Shown here: positions 48,432 to 60,602 of the stretch, piece by piece
Numbering within the stretch: position 1 is the stretch's first letter
How the letters are laid out: each line of letters starts with the position of its first letter
Origin: Bryobacterales bacterium
GTDB lineage: Bacteria > Acidobacteriota > Terriglobia > Bryobacterales > Bryobacteraceae
Assembly: GCA_963752695.1 (NCBI GenBank)
Contig: CAVVZB010000001.1
Location: 430,989-494,988, forward strand
Direction: 5' to 3'
Length of the DNA stretch: 64,000 bases
Notes under the pieces: model-generated
The model's input: only the letters and a program-made list of their open reading frames with translations
Told to the model about the DNA's origin: nothing
The model's database searches: none
Translations under genes and position numbers: made by a program

Positions 48432-48881
48432 ATGGACATCGTCATCCCGTACCTGGCCCGCTGGCTCCACATCGCTTCCGCCATCACCCTGATGGGAGGC
48501 ATGATCTTCGCCCTCGTCGCGTGGCTCCCGGCCTTGAACACGGTGGACGGCACGGAACGGCAATCCATCAGCGACGCCATCGCGGCGCGCTTTCGGCCCT
48601 GGCTGCTGCTTTCCATTGGCGGGCTACTGCTGTCCGGCTTCTACAACTACATGCGCCACGCCACGGCCAAAGATGTTCCCACGATGTACCACATGCTGTT
48701 TGGAATGAAGTTCTTGCTTGCCCTGCACGTGTTTGCAGTTGGTTGGATCGCGCTCAACCGCGGCAACAATAAGCGCACGCGCCAGATTACCGGCGTCGTC
48801 ATCTCCGGAGTGGTCATCATTGCGCTCTCGGCGGGAATGCGGTTTCTGGCGATGAATGCGCCTGCGTTGATGACGCGATGA
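48432..48881 (+). CDS. Four-TM membrane protein (CopD/DUF4149-like)
   Basis: RWLHIASAI, LLSGFYN, KFLLALHV; start ATG 48432; overlaps the ygfZ start (ATGA). Confidence 0.65.
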   Translation: MDIVIPYLARWLHIASAITLMGGMIFALVAWLPALNTVDGTERQSISDAIAARFRPWLLLSIGGLLLSGFYNYMRHATAKDVPTMYHMLFGMKFLLALHVFAVGWIALNRGNNKRTRQITGVVISGVVIIALSAGMRFLAMNAPALMTR

Positions 48882-49813
48882 CGGAAGGCTATAAAGCGCT
48901 GACGCGTGATGCAGCGGTCCTCGATGTCTCCGCCCGCACACGCATCCGGGTTACCGGAGACGATCGCGCCCGCCTGCTGCACGCCCTCAGCACCAATCAC
49001 GTCCAGCAGCTTCTGCCGGGCCATGGCTGCTATGCATTTTTCCTCAATGCCAACGGGCGCATCTTGGCCGACGCGAATCTCTTTGTGTTCGCCGAATACA
49101 TCCTCATTGATGCCGAACCGGAAGTGCGCGAACGCCTTTGGGCGCACCTCGATCACTACATAATCGCCGACGATGTCACCTTGCATGACGATGCGGAAAC
49201 TACGTTCTCCCTCGCGGTTGAAGGCCCCGGCGCAAACACTCGCCTGTGCGCGGTCGGCATGCCCGTGCCCGCAGACGCATTCGCGCACGAAGTTTGGCAA
49301 GACTGCGCCATCGCTCACGTGTCCCTCACCGGTGAACCCGGTTATCGCATCTTCGGCCCTCGCGAACGCAAGACCGCCGTGCTCGATCTTTTGTATCTCG
49401 CCGAAGCCTCCCCGCAAGATGCCGAAACCGTGCGGATTGAGAACGCCAAGCCCCGCTATGGCGTCGATATCACTGCCTCGAACATCGCCGCGGAGCTCGA
49501 CTTACCCGAAGCTTTGCACTTCCAGAAAGGCTGCTATCTCGGGCAGGAAATCGTCGAGCGCGTCCGCTCCCGCGGGCGTGTCAACAAGCATCTGGTGAGC
49601 ATCGAACTCACCGGAAACCACGTTCCCGAGGCCGGCGCTCGCCTGCTTGTTGAAGAGAAAGAAGTCGGCGAAATCACGTCCGTTGTGAAATCGCCCGGAT
49701 TGGGCCAGATCGTTGGATTAGCCTACGTGCGCGTGCCCCACGACGCCCCCGGTTCCACCATCCACGCCGGTACTATTCCTGGAAGCGTGCGGGCAACCCC
49801 CAAGAAATCCTAG
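48878..49813 (+). CDS. ygfZ: Folate-binding protein YgfZ
   Basis: KGCYLGQE signature, GcvT-like fold. Confidence 0.9.
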   Translation: MTEGYKALTRDAAVLDVSARTRIRVTGDDRARLLHALSTNHVQQLLPGHGCYAFFLNANGRILADANLFVFAEYILIDAEPEVRERLWAHLDHYIIADDVTLHDDAETTFSLAVEGPGANTRLCAVGMPVPADAFAHEVWQDCAIAHVSLTGEPGYRIFGPRERKTAVLDLLYLAEASPQDAETVRIENAKPRYGVDITASNIAAELDLPEALHFQKGCYLGQEIVERVRSRGRVNKHLVSIELTGNHVPEAGARLLVEEKEVGEITSVVKSPGLGQIVGLAYVRVPHDAPGSTIHAGTIPGSVRATPKKS

Positions 49814-50568
49814 AGCCCCGGATCGAAGCCTAGGTCGAAATCTTCCGCCGGGTCGATCAGATCGCGGAGTAGAACATCAACCGTCCGCTCCGCGCGTCCA
49901 TCTGGCGTGAAGTGGATTCCGCACTCCTTCTCGGCGTCCTGTTCCCACCACCAGCGACCGGCGCGTTCATCTTCGCCCGGCATCGGCGCCCGCGTGCACG
50001 GCCCACATCCGATGCTCGTATACCCCTGGTCATACAGCGGATGGACCGGCACACCATTCCGCGCGATATAGCTCTCGACGTCTTTCTTCGACCAGTCCAG
50101 CAGAGGGCTGATCTTAGCTAACGCCGAACTGGTGTCCACCAACGGCAGCGCCGCCCGCAGCGGGTTCTGCCCCCGCCGCAGTCCCACCATGTAAGCCCGG
50201 AACCCCTTCAGCTTGCGTCCCAGCGGCCGCACCTTCCGGATCTTACAGCACAGCATCCGCAACGGCACCTCGCGCCGAAATAGGTTCGGTCCATGCCGCG
50301 TCACCATCGCTTCCACTTCGTTAGTTTCCGGCGAGACCGTCTCTACCTGTACCCCGTAATGCTGGCGGATCATCTCCATCATTTCGTAGGTCTCTTCCGG
50401 TAGCCGCCCCGTGTCAAGGGTGAAAACGCGCACCCCGGGGTCGATCTTAATCGCCATGTCCAGAATCACCGCCCCGGCCTTCTGGAAGCTGGTGCAGACA
50501 GCCAAGTCGCGGCCATACTCCGCGATGGACCAGGCAACGATCTCTTCGGCCGTGCGGGTTGCGATCAC
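49810..50568 (-). CDS. cysH: (Phospho)adenylyl-sulfate reductase, 4Fe-4S APS-reductase type
   Basis: TLDTGRL, CC..RKV.PL, SIGCGPCT, ECGIH. Confidence 0.92.
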   Translation of the reverse strand: MIATRTAEEIVAWSIAEYGRDLAVCTSFQKAGAVILDMAIKIDPGVRVFTLDTGRLPEETYEMMEMIRQHYGVQVETVSPETNEVEAMVTRHGPNLFRREVPLRMLCCKIRKVRPLGRKLKGFRAYMVGLRRGQNPLRAALPLVDTSSALAKISPLLDWSKKDVESYIARNGVPVHPLYDQGYTSIGCGPCTRAPMPGEDERAGRWWWEQDAEKECGIHFTPDGRAERTVDVLLRDLIDPAEDFDLGFDPGL

Positions 50569-50761
50569 GTTAATTCCGATGTTGATTGGGGGGATTAGGA
50601 TTCAGGCATCCAAAACGTGCTCCTCTACGTTTTGGACCGAACACTAAGAGGGATATGCCTAAAGGTCGATGGTGCATACCACCGATACTGCTCTATAGCT
50701 CGGACTCTTAGAAGCGGCGGCGTCTTCTTCAGGCACTTCTTGTCCGGATATATTTGAGAGA

Positions 50762-50837
50762 TGGAGCGGGAGACGGGATTCGAACCCGCGACATCGACCT
50801 TGGCAAGGTCGCACTCTACCAGCTGAGTTACTCCCGC
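50762..50837 (-). tRNA. tRNA-Gly (GCC)
   Basis: GCGGGAG acceptor stem, anticodon loop TTGCCAA, GGTTCGAATCC T-arm, encoded CCA, 76 nt. Confidence 0.97.
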
Positions 50838-50852
50838 GAAGGCAGAATCCCC

Positions 50853-50881
50853 ATTCTCCCTATTTCCGCCGCATCTGTCAA
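50853..50881 (-). promoter_or_regulatory. Sigma70-type promoter for tRNA-Gly
   Basis: TTGACA-N17-GAGAAT on the minus strand, -10 ending 15 nt upstream of the tRNA. Confidence 0.65.
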
Positions 50882-51016
50882 ACAAGATACCCGTTTCCAC
50901 CCCACGCAGACCGCATTCGCAGCACCATTGCCCACCTCCCGCACACCCTGCTTCCGATCATTTTCCACGCCTTTTGTTTTATTCAAACCATTCAATCTAA
51001 AGAACTTAAATTTTCA

Positions 51017-51044
51017 TTTGCTTTCCGGACGGTTGTGTTAAAGT
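51017..51044 (+). promoter_or_regulatory. Candidate dnaA promoter (extended -10)
   Basis: TTGCTT ... TG-T-TAAAGT about 200 bp upstream of the dnaA ATG. Confidence 0.35.
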
Positions 51045-51241
51045 GAGTTCTGCTGTTCCGAACCCCATGGCAAATCTTCATGGACTCGACACCTTGACCG
51101 CTCCTTAAACCAGCGCGATCCAACCGTCTAGAGTTTCCATAATTGCTGTTCTCCTGCCTCCGCCAAAACTGAGGTACGGGGACCGCTGCGTCCTTTTGCA
51201 TTTCGGGCGTTCGGGCAGATGTTTTAGGAATTGAGTCGCGC

Positions 51242-52567
51242 ATGAACGCCTGGGACCACGTAAAGCAGCAGTTATCTACATCGCTCAGCTCCGAAAGTTT
51301 TGACAACTGGGTCAGTCGAACGACCCTCGACCGAGTCGAGGGCGAAACGATTCACGTCCGCGTTCCCGATCATGAGACTCGCGCCTGGCTGGAATCCGAG
51401 TATGGCGACCTGATCCAGACCTTGGTCCGCGATCTCAACGGAGCGGTCTATCGGCTGGTTACGTATCACGCCCCCGGTAACGGCTCTAGTAACGCGAAGT
51501 CCAATGGTTGGGCAACCGAGCTGCCTTCCGAGGAACCCTGTTCCCACCTGAGCGCGTTGAATCCCAAGTTCACCTTCGATAGCTTTGTAGTGGGCGCCAG
51601 CAACCAGTTCGCCCACGCGGCCGCTCGCTCGGTCGCCACCAACCCCTCTCGCAGCTACAATCCCCTGTTCATATACGGCGGGGTCGGAATGGGCAAGACG
51701 CATCTCATGCATGCCATCGGCCGCGCGCTGATCGGCACCAACAAGATGCGCGTGGTCTACACCTCGAGCGAACGGTTTATGAACGAAGTGATCGCCGGTA
51801 TTCGCTTCGACCATATGCCCGCTCTTCGCCAGCGCTACCGGTCCGCTGATGTACTGCTGATTGATGACATCCAACTCCTCGGAAACAAAGAGCGCACCCA
51901 GGACGAGTTCTTTCACACTTTTAACGAGCTGCACGACCACCAGAAGCAGATCGTCATCTCCAGTGACGCCCCGCCCAAAGACATCCCCGGCTTAGTGGAG
52001 CGGCTCCGTTCGCGGTTTGAATGGGGGCTCATGGCCGACATTCAAGCACCCGACCTGGAGACCAAAATGGCCATTCTCGATAAGAAAGCCGAGGCCGAGG
52101 GAGTCCTGCTTCCCGAGGATGTCCGCACCTTCGTCGCCTCCCGAACGAAATCGAACGTCCGTGAACTGGAAGGCTCTTTAGTAAAGCTCTTGGCCTACTC
52201 TTCCCTCACCGGCTCGCCGATCACCCTGCCTATGGCCCAGCAGTGCCTCAAGCACCTGGTGCATGCCCAGGACCGTCGCGTCACCATTGACGCTATCCAG
52301 AAAGCGGTCGCCGATAAGTTCGGCGTCAAGCAATCGCAGCTCCGGGAGAAAAGCAACACGCGCGCCATCGTTTACCCCCGCCAGATTGCCATGTACCTCG
52401 TTAAGGAACTGACTACGGCCTCGCTTCCCGAGATAGGTCGTGCGTTCGGCGGCAAGCACCACACCACCGTGATCCACTCCATCGCGGTTATCACAAAGAA
52501 ACGGGCCGAAGATCCGGAATTGAACAGAATGTTGCACAGTCTAATGGATTCATTACAAGGCAGTTAG
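51242..52567 (+). CDS. dnaA: Chromosomal replication initiator DnaA
   Basis: YNPLFIYGGVGMGKTH, LLIDDIQ, RLRSRFEWG, VRELEG, RQIAMYL, GGKHHTTV. Confidence 0.98.
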   Translation: MNAWDHVKQQLSTSLSSESFDNWVSRTTLDRVEGETIHVRVPDHETRAWLESEYGDLIQTLVRDLNGAVYRLVTYHAPGNGSSNAKSNGWATELPSEEPCSHLSALNPKFTFDSFVVGASNQFAHAAARSVATNPSRSYNPLFIYGGVGMGKTHLMHAIGRALIGTNKMRVVYTSSERFMNEVIAGIRFDHMPALRQRYRSADVLLIDDIQLLGNKERTQDEFFHTFNELHDHQKQIVISSDAPPKDIPGLVERLRSRFEWGLMADIQAPDLETKMAILDKKAEAEGVLLPEDVRTFVASRTKSNVRELEGSLVKLLAYSSLTGSPITLPMAQQCLKHLVHAQDRRVTIDAIQKAVADKFGVKQSQLREKSNTRAIVYPRQIAMYLVKELTTASLPEIGRAFGGKHHTTVIHSIAVITKKRAEDPELNRMLHSLMDSLQGS

Positions 52568-52790
52568 CCCAGCCTTTCACAGGGTTGGCTGCCCAAGCCC
52601 GAGGAATTCTGTATAAATCGCGTAACAAGCCAGTTTTTCCGATTGGTTTCGCGAGGTTTCCTCAGGCGGGTGAGACAAGAACTTGTTTAATTTTGTATAA
52701 TTTAGAGAGAAATCAACATTTCGACAGGCTCTACTGATACGGGTTATTTCCGTTATAGGTATTGAGAACGTCAGAAGGATTAGCAAGCCC
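52568..52790. promoter_or_regulatory. AT-rich dnaA-dnaN spacer with degenerate DnaA boxes (candidate oriC and/or dnaN promoter)
   Basis: 8/9 boxes on the minus strand at 52608-52616 (TTATACAGA) and 52692-52700 (TTATACAAA); TATAAT at 52696-52701; TTTCGACA-GGCT-CTACTGATAC at 52719-52740. Confidence 0.4.
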
Positions 52791-56357
<3,567 letters not shown>

Positions 56358-56358
<1 letters not shown>

Positions 56359-57065
56359 TGGCCGTCCGTAAGGCGGATTGGGATCCCGCGTGTTACGAGA
56401 GCAGTCACGCGTTTGTTTGGGAGTACGGCGAGGATCTAGTTTCCCTTCTCGCGCCACAGCCCGGCGAACGCATTCTCGACTTCGGCTGCGGAACCGGACA
56501 TCTAACTGCGAAGCTCGCCGAATCCGGCGCTGACGTCGTCGGTATCGACAGCAGCCCCGCCATGATCGCGCAAGCGCGCCGGAATTACCCGCGGCTGCGG
56601 TTCGAGCTCGCCGATGGGCAACGCTACCGCGCCGCGCAAGCCTTCGATGCTGTCTTCTCCAATGCCGCCCTCCACTGGATGCTCGACGCTGAAGCCGCCG
56701 CCGCTTCGATTAGCGCCTCACTTCGCCAGGGTGGCCGGCTGGTGCTGGAGATGGGAGCACGGGGTAACATCGCCCTACTCGATCGCGCAATCAGAAGCGA
56801 AGTTCGAAACTACTATCCGTCCATATCTGAGTACGCAGGGGTACTCGAGCGGCACTGCCTGGAAGTGGTGAACGCTATCCTCTTCGACCGCCCCACCATC
56901 CTCGAAGGCGGCGATCAAGGCTTACGCAACTGGATCGCGATGTTCCGTCCGGATAACACGAGACCCGCGAATGAGATCGAAGCGGAGTTGCGGCCTCTGC
57001 TCTTTCGCGATGGCCAGTGGACAGCCGATTACCGCAGGCTGCGGATGATAGCGCGCCGAGTCTAA
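56358..57065 (+). CDS. Class I SAM-dependent methyltransferase (trans-aconitate methyltransferase-like)
   Basis: ILDFGCGTG, FSNAALHW, ADYRRLR; TAATG overlap with the gyrB stop. Confidence 0.85.
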
Positions 57066-57074
57066 CGCGAGGCT

Positions 57075-57815
57075 CTAGTGCGCGATCGGTTCGTCCTTCT
57101 CCACCTTGCCATCGCGCACGTGGATGATGCGGTGCGCATGCATCGCGATATCAAGCTCGTGCGTCACCAGAATGATCGTATTGCCTTGGCGGTACAGTCT
57201 CTCGAATAGGGCCATGATCTCGATGCCGGTTTGTGAATCGAGGTTGCCCGTCGGTTCATCGGCCAGCAGGATCGACGGGTTATTCACCAGCGCCCGCGCA
57301 ATCGCCACGCGCTGCCGCTGACCGCCCGAGAGTTCGTTCGGCTTATGGTTCATGCGCTTTTCAAGATCCACTTGCGATAACGCGCGCTTGGCCCGCTCGA
57401 TTCGCTCTGCCGCTGGCGTCCCGTTATAGACCAGCGGCAGTTCCACATTATGCAGGGATGACGCGCGCGGCAGCAGGTTGAACGTCTGGAAGACGAAGCC
57501 GATCTCCTTATTCCGAATCCGCGCGAGTTCGTCGTCGCCCATGGCGCTAACCAGGCTGCCATTGATGTAGTAAGCGCCGCGGGTGGGCGAGTCCAGGCAA
57601 CCGATCAGATTCATCAAGGTCGATTTACCCGAACCCGAAGGTCCCATGATGGCTACATATTCACCGCGCCGGATCTCGATATCCACGCCCGAAACGGCGT
57701 TGATGATCTGATCGCCCATTTCGTACGTCTTCCAGAGATCGTACGTGCGGATAACGATGTTCTGCTCTTTCAAGCGCTGGCCGCGCTCTTCGGTGGCTTC
57801 CACGGTCGATGGCAT
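57075..57815 (-). CDS. ABC transporter ATP-binding protein (MacB/LolD-like)
   Basis: [35 protein letters not shown]. Confidence 0.95.
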   Translation of the reverse strand: MPSTVEATEERGQRLKEQNIVIRTYDLWKTYEMGDQIINAVSGVDIEIRRGEYVAIMGPSGSGKSTLMNLIGCLDSPTRGAYYINGSLVSAMGDDELARIRNKEIGFVFQTFNLLPRASSLHNVELPLVYNGTPAAERIERAKRALSQVDLEKRMNHKPNELSGGQRQRVAIARALVNNPSILLADEPTGNLDSQTGIEIMALFERLYRQGNTIILVTHELDIAMHAHRIIHVRDGKVEKDEPIAH

Positions 57816-57853
57816 GCTTGTTCTCGCTCAGCGTTAAGGGGTTCAGATTGCGC

Positions 57854-59278
57854 TTAGGTTGCCGGCTTGACGACAGGCGGCTTGTTGTCCACTTTCACCA
57901 TGGCGCCGTTGCGCACCGTGCGAATTACCTGGAAAACGCCAGTGATGATCTCGTCGCCTTCCTTCAGACCGCTGGTGACCTGGATATCGCTGGTTCCAGT
58001 GATCCCGGTCTCCACCTTCCGGAACTGCGCCTTACCTTTCTCCACGACGAAGACACCTTGCAATTCTTCCTTCTTCGCCTTTTCCGCTGCCGGGTCGACC
58101 TTGGCCGGCGCCGGAGCGGGAGTCCCGTTGGCGGGCGCGTCCAGGTCCCCGCGTGTCCGCGTGGTAAGTGCTTGCAGGGGTATCGCGATCACGTTCTTCG
58201 CTGTTGCAGTGGTAATTTTAGCCGTGCACGAAAGTCCCGGCCGCACCTCGGCGGGAGGATTATCGAGCGCGATCACCACCTTAAAGTCCTTGGCTTCGTT
58301 GGTGGATGTGGTGCTCTGCGAGGCGGCCACTCCGGTCGACCGCAAAATGGCCGTGTCGCCAATCTCGGTCACCCGGCCTTTATAGACCTTGTTCGGAAGT
58401 GCATCGATGACGATCTCCGCCACCTGACCCAGCTTCACGTTCACGATGTCGGTCTCGTCCACCCGGATCTCGGCGGTGATGACGCTCATATCGGCGATCG
58501 TCATGATCGTGCTCGCCGTCGAACTCTGGATACCCGGCACCACCGTCTCGCCGACTTTCATCGGGAGATTGGTGACCACGCCATCCAGCGGCGAATAGGA
58601 GTTGTACTTCCGCAGCACGTCGTTGATACGCGAAAGACTCGCACGCTGCTGAGCTATATGCCGCTGCGTGGAGGCGTTCTGCGCGGAGTATTGCGCCAGC
58701 TGTGACTTGGCTTGGATTAGCCGAGACTTCGCTTCAGCCAACGACGCGACAGCCGAATCCATCGCGGCCTTCTTGGTGTCGAAATCCTGCCGCGCAATCA
58801 GCTTCTGATCGAACAGCTGCTTGCTGCGATCGAACTCCGCCTTGGCCTTCTCTAAGTCGGACTGCGCACGATCGATACCGGCCTGCATGGTGGCGACATT
58901 GTCCTCGCCCGCTTTGTAGCCCGCCTCGCTTGCCGCCGCATCGGCTTCAGCCGAAGTCAGCGCGGCTTTTTGAGCTTCAACGTCCGCCCGCGGCTGCGTG
59001 TTCTCCACGCTTGCCAAGAGCTGATTCTTGCGGACCCGGTCGCCTTCCTTCACGTAGATGGAGGTCAACTCTCCCATCGCGTTCGCGCCGATACTGATGT
59101 AGTTCTTAGGTTTGATTTCGCCCGAGGCCGTCACGAGGCTCGTCAGATCATCGCGCGTCACTTTGCTGGTCTGCACGGTGACTACGCCGCGTTGGCTGAG
59201 CCGGACGCTCGCCAGGATACCGCCCCCTACCAACAGCAACACGGCGACAGCGATAACTATCTTCCACTTACTTTTCAC
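57854..59278 (-). CDS. Periplasmic adaptor / membrane fusion protein (MacA/HlyD-like)
   Basis: N-terminal TM, ASGEIKP, coiled-coil hairpin, SPLDGVV, VDETDI, RPGLS. Confidence 0.9.
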   Translation of the reverse strand: MKSKWKIVIAVAVLLLVGGGILASVRLSQRGVVTVQTSKVTRDDLTSLVTASGEIKPKNYISIGANAMGELTSIYVKEGDRVRKNQLLASVENTQPRADVEAQKAALTSAEADAAASEAGYKAGEDNVATMQAGIDRAQSDLEKAKAEFDRSKQLFDQKLIARQDFDTKKAAMDSAVASLAEAKSRLIQAKSQLAQYSAQNASTQRHIAQQRASLSRINDVLRKYNSYSPLDGVVTNLPMKVGETVVPGIQSSTASTIMTIADMSVITAEIRVDETDIVNVKLGQVAEIVIDALPNKVYKGRVTEIGDTAILRSTGVAASQSTTSTNEAKDFKVVIALDNPPAEVRPGLSCTAKITTATAKNVIAIPLQALTTRTRGDLDAPANGTPAPAPAKVDPAAEKAKKEELQGVFVVEKGKAQFRKVETGITGTSDIQVTSGLKEGDEIITGVFQVIRTVRNGAMVKVDNKPPVVKPAT

Positions 59279-59384
59279 GGTACGGGCGCTCCTTTGGACT
59301 TAAACGAACGAAACAGTATTTTGGTTCAGGGAATCTTCTATCTTTCCACAAAACCGGGCAGAACGTCAGGATGCACGCGCACGT

Positions 59385-59651
59385 TCAATTCATCCAGCGC
59401 ACGCTCACGGGTTGCCCCGACGTGCAAACCATAGTCGCGGTCACACCCGACGCAATCTGCGCGCACGCATTATCGGTAGCCGACCGGAGTGCCGATTCCT
59501 TCTCCGCCGCCGATGCGATCCGGCAAGACGTTCGGCCTTGGTACGCCATACAAACCTGACATCGAAACTTGCGGTTACCGAAGCTCGTGTAAATCAGAAC
59601 CGCAAGCACGATCGCGGCGAAGACGATCCCGAGCAGCACCGGCTTTCTCAT
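59385..59651 (-). CDS. Small membrane-anchored Cys-rich protein, 88 aa
   Basis: N-terminal TM; CQVC plus three further Cys. Confidence 0.65.
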   Translation of the reverse strand: MRKPVLLGIVFAAIVLAVLIYTSFGNRKFRCQVCMAYQGRTSCRIASAAEKESALRSATDNACAQIASGVTATMVCTSGQPVSVRWMN

Positions 59652-59674
59652 CGCGCGATCTCAAACCCGTTTAG

Positions 59675-60571
59675 CTAAACGAAGAAGTTGCCCATGCGGC
59701 GGAACTTGTCGTAGCGGTCCTGCACCAGTTGCTCGCGCGAGAGTGGCTTCAGGGCGGTGAGCGCCCCCCGGACCGTGTCCCGCAACGAAGCGGCGGCTGC
59801 CTCAACATCTTCGTGCGCGCCCGAGCCCGGCTCCGCAATCACGCCATCAATCAGACCGAACCCTAACAGGTCCTGCGACGTCATTCGCAGAGCGACCGCG
59901 GCCTCTTCGGCCTTCCCGGAATCCCGCCAAATGATCGCCGCGCAGCTCTCGGGCGAAATCACGCTATAGACCGAGTTCTCGAACATGTACACCCGGTTGG
60001 CCACGCCTACAGCTAACGCGCCACCACTGCCACCTTCGCCAATGCAGACCGCAATTACCGGCACCGGCAACCGGGCCATTTCCCGCAGATTGCGCGCGAT
60101 CGCTTCCGCTTGCCCACGCTCTTCCGCGTCGATTCCGGGATAGGCGCCCGGCGTATCCATCAAAGTCAAAATCGGACGGCCAAATTTCCCGGCCATTTCC
60201 ATCAGCCGGATCGCCTTGCGATAACCCTCTGGCTTCGGCATGCCGAAGTTGCGGAGCAGTTTCTGTTTGGTATCGCGCCCTTTCTGCTCGGCGATGATCA
60301 TGATCGGCTCGCCTTCGAAAAAGCCCATGCCGCCGATAATAGCCGCGTCGTCCCCGAAGAGACGATCCCCATGCAGCTCCTGAAACCCGGTAATGAGCCG
60401 CTCGATGTAATCGGAAGCGTGCGGCCGCTTGGGATGCCTCGCCTTGAGAACACGCTCCCAGGCCGGCGCGGGCGTACGCGCCGGCGCGGCCTGTTCGGCT
60501 GCAATCCCAGGTTCGAGAGAGGCTTCGGGAGACGTTTCGGCGGACGCTTCAGAAGACGCTTCAGAAGACAT
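59675..60571 (-). CDS. accA: Acetyl-CoA carboxylase carboxyltransferase alpha subunit
   Basis: ARHPKRP, ELHGDR, FGMPKPEGYRKA, DTPGAYPG, GEGGSGGA; start ATG 60571. Confidence 0.93.
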   Translation of the reverse strand: MSSEASSEASAETSPEASLEPGIAAEQAAPARTPAPAWERVLKARHPKRPHASDYIERLITGFQELHGDRLFGDDAAIIGGMGFFEGEPIMIIAEQKGRDTKQKLLRNFGMPKPEGYRKAIRLMEMAGKFGRPILTLMDTPGAYPGIDAEERGQAEAIARNLREMARLPVPVIAVCIGEGGSGGALAVGVANRVYMFENSVYSVISPESCAAIIWRDSGKAEEAAVALRMTSQDLLGFGLIDGVIAEPGSGAHEDVEAAAASLRDTVRGALTALKPLSREQLVQDRYDKFRRMGNFFV

Positions 60572-60602
60572 GGATATCAGGATACCTAAATCCAGGGCTC
60601 CA

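Noticed and set aside
50762-50837. tRNA-Gly as the attachment site of a genomic island
   Set aside because: No duplicated tRNA 3' end and no integrase seen in the window.
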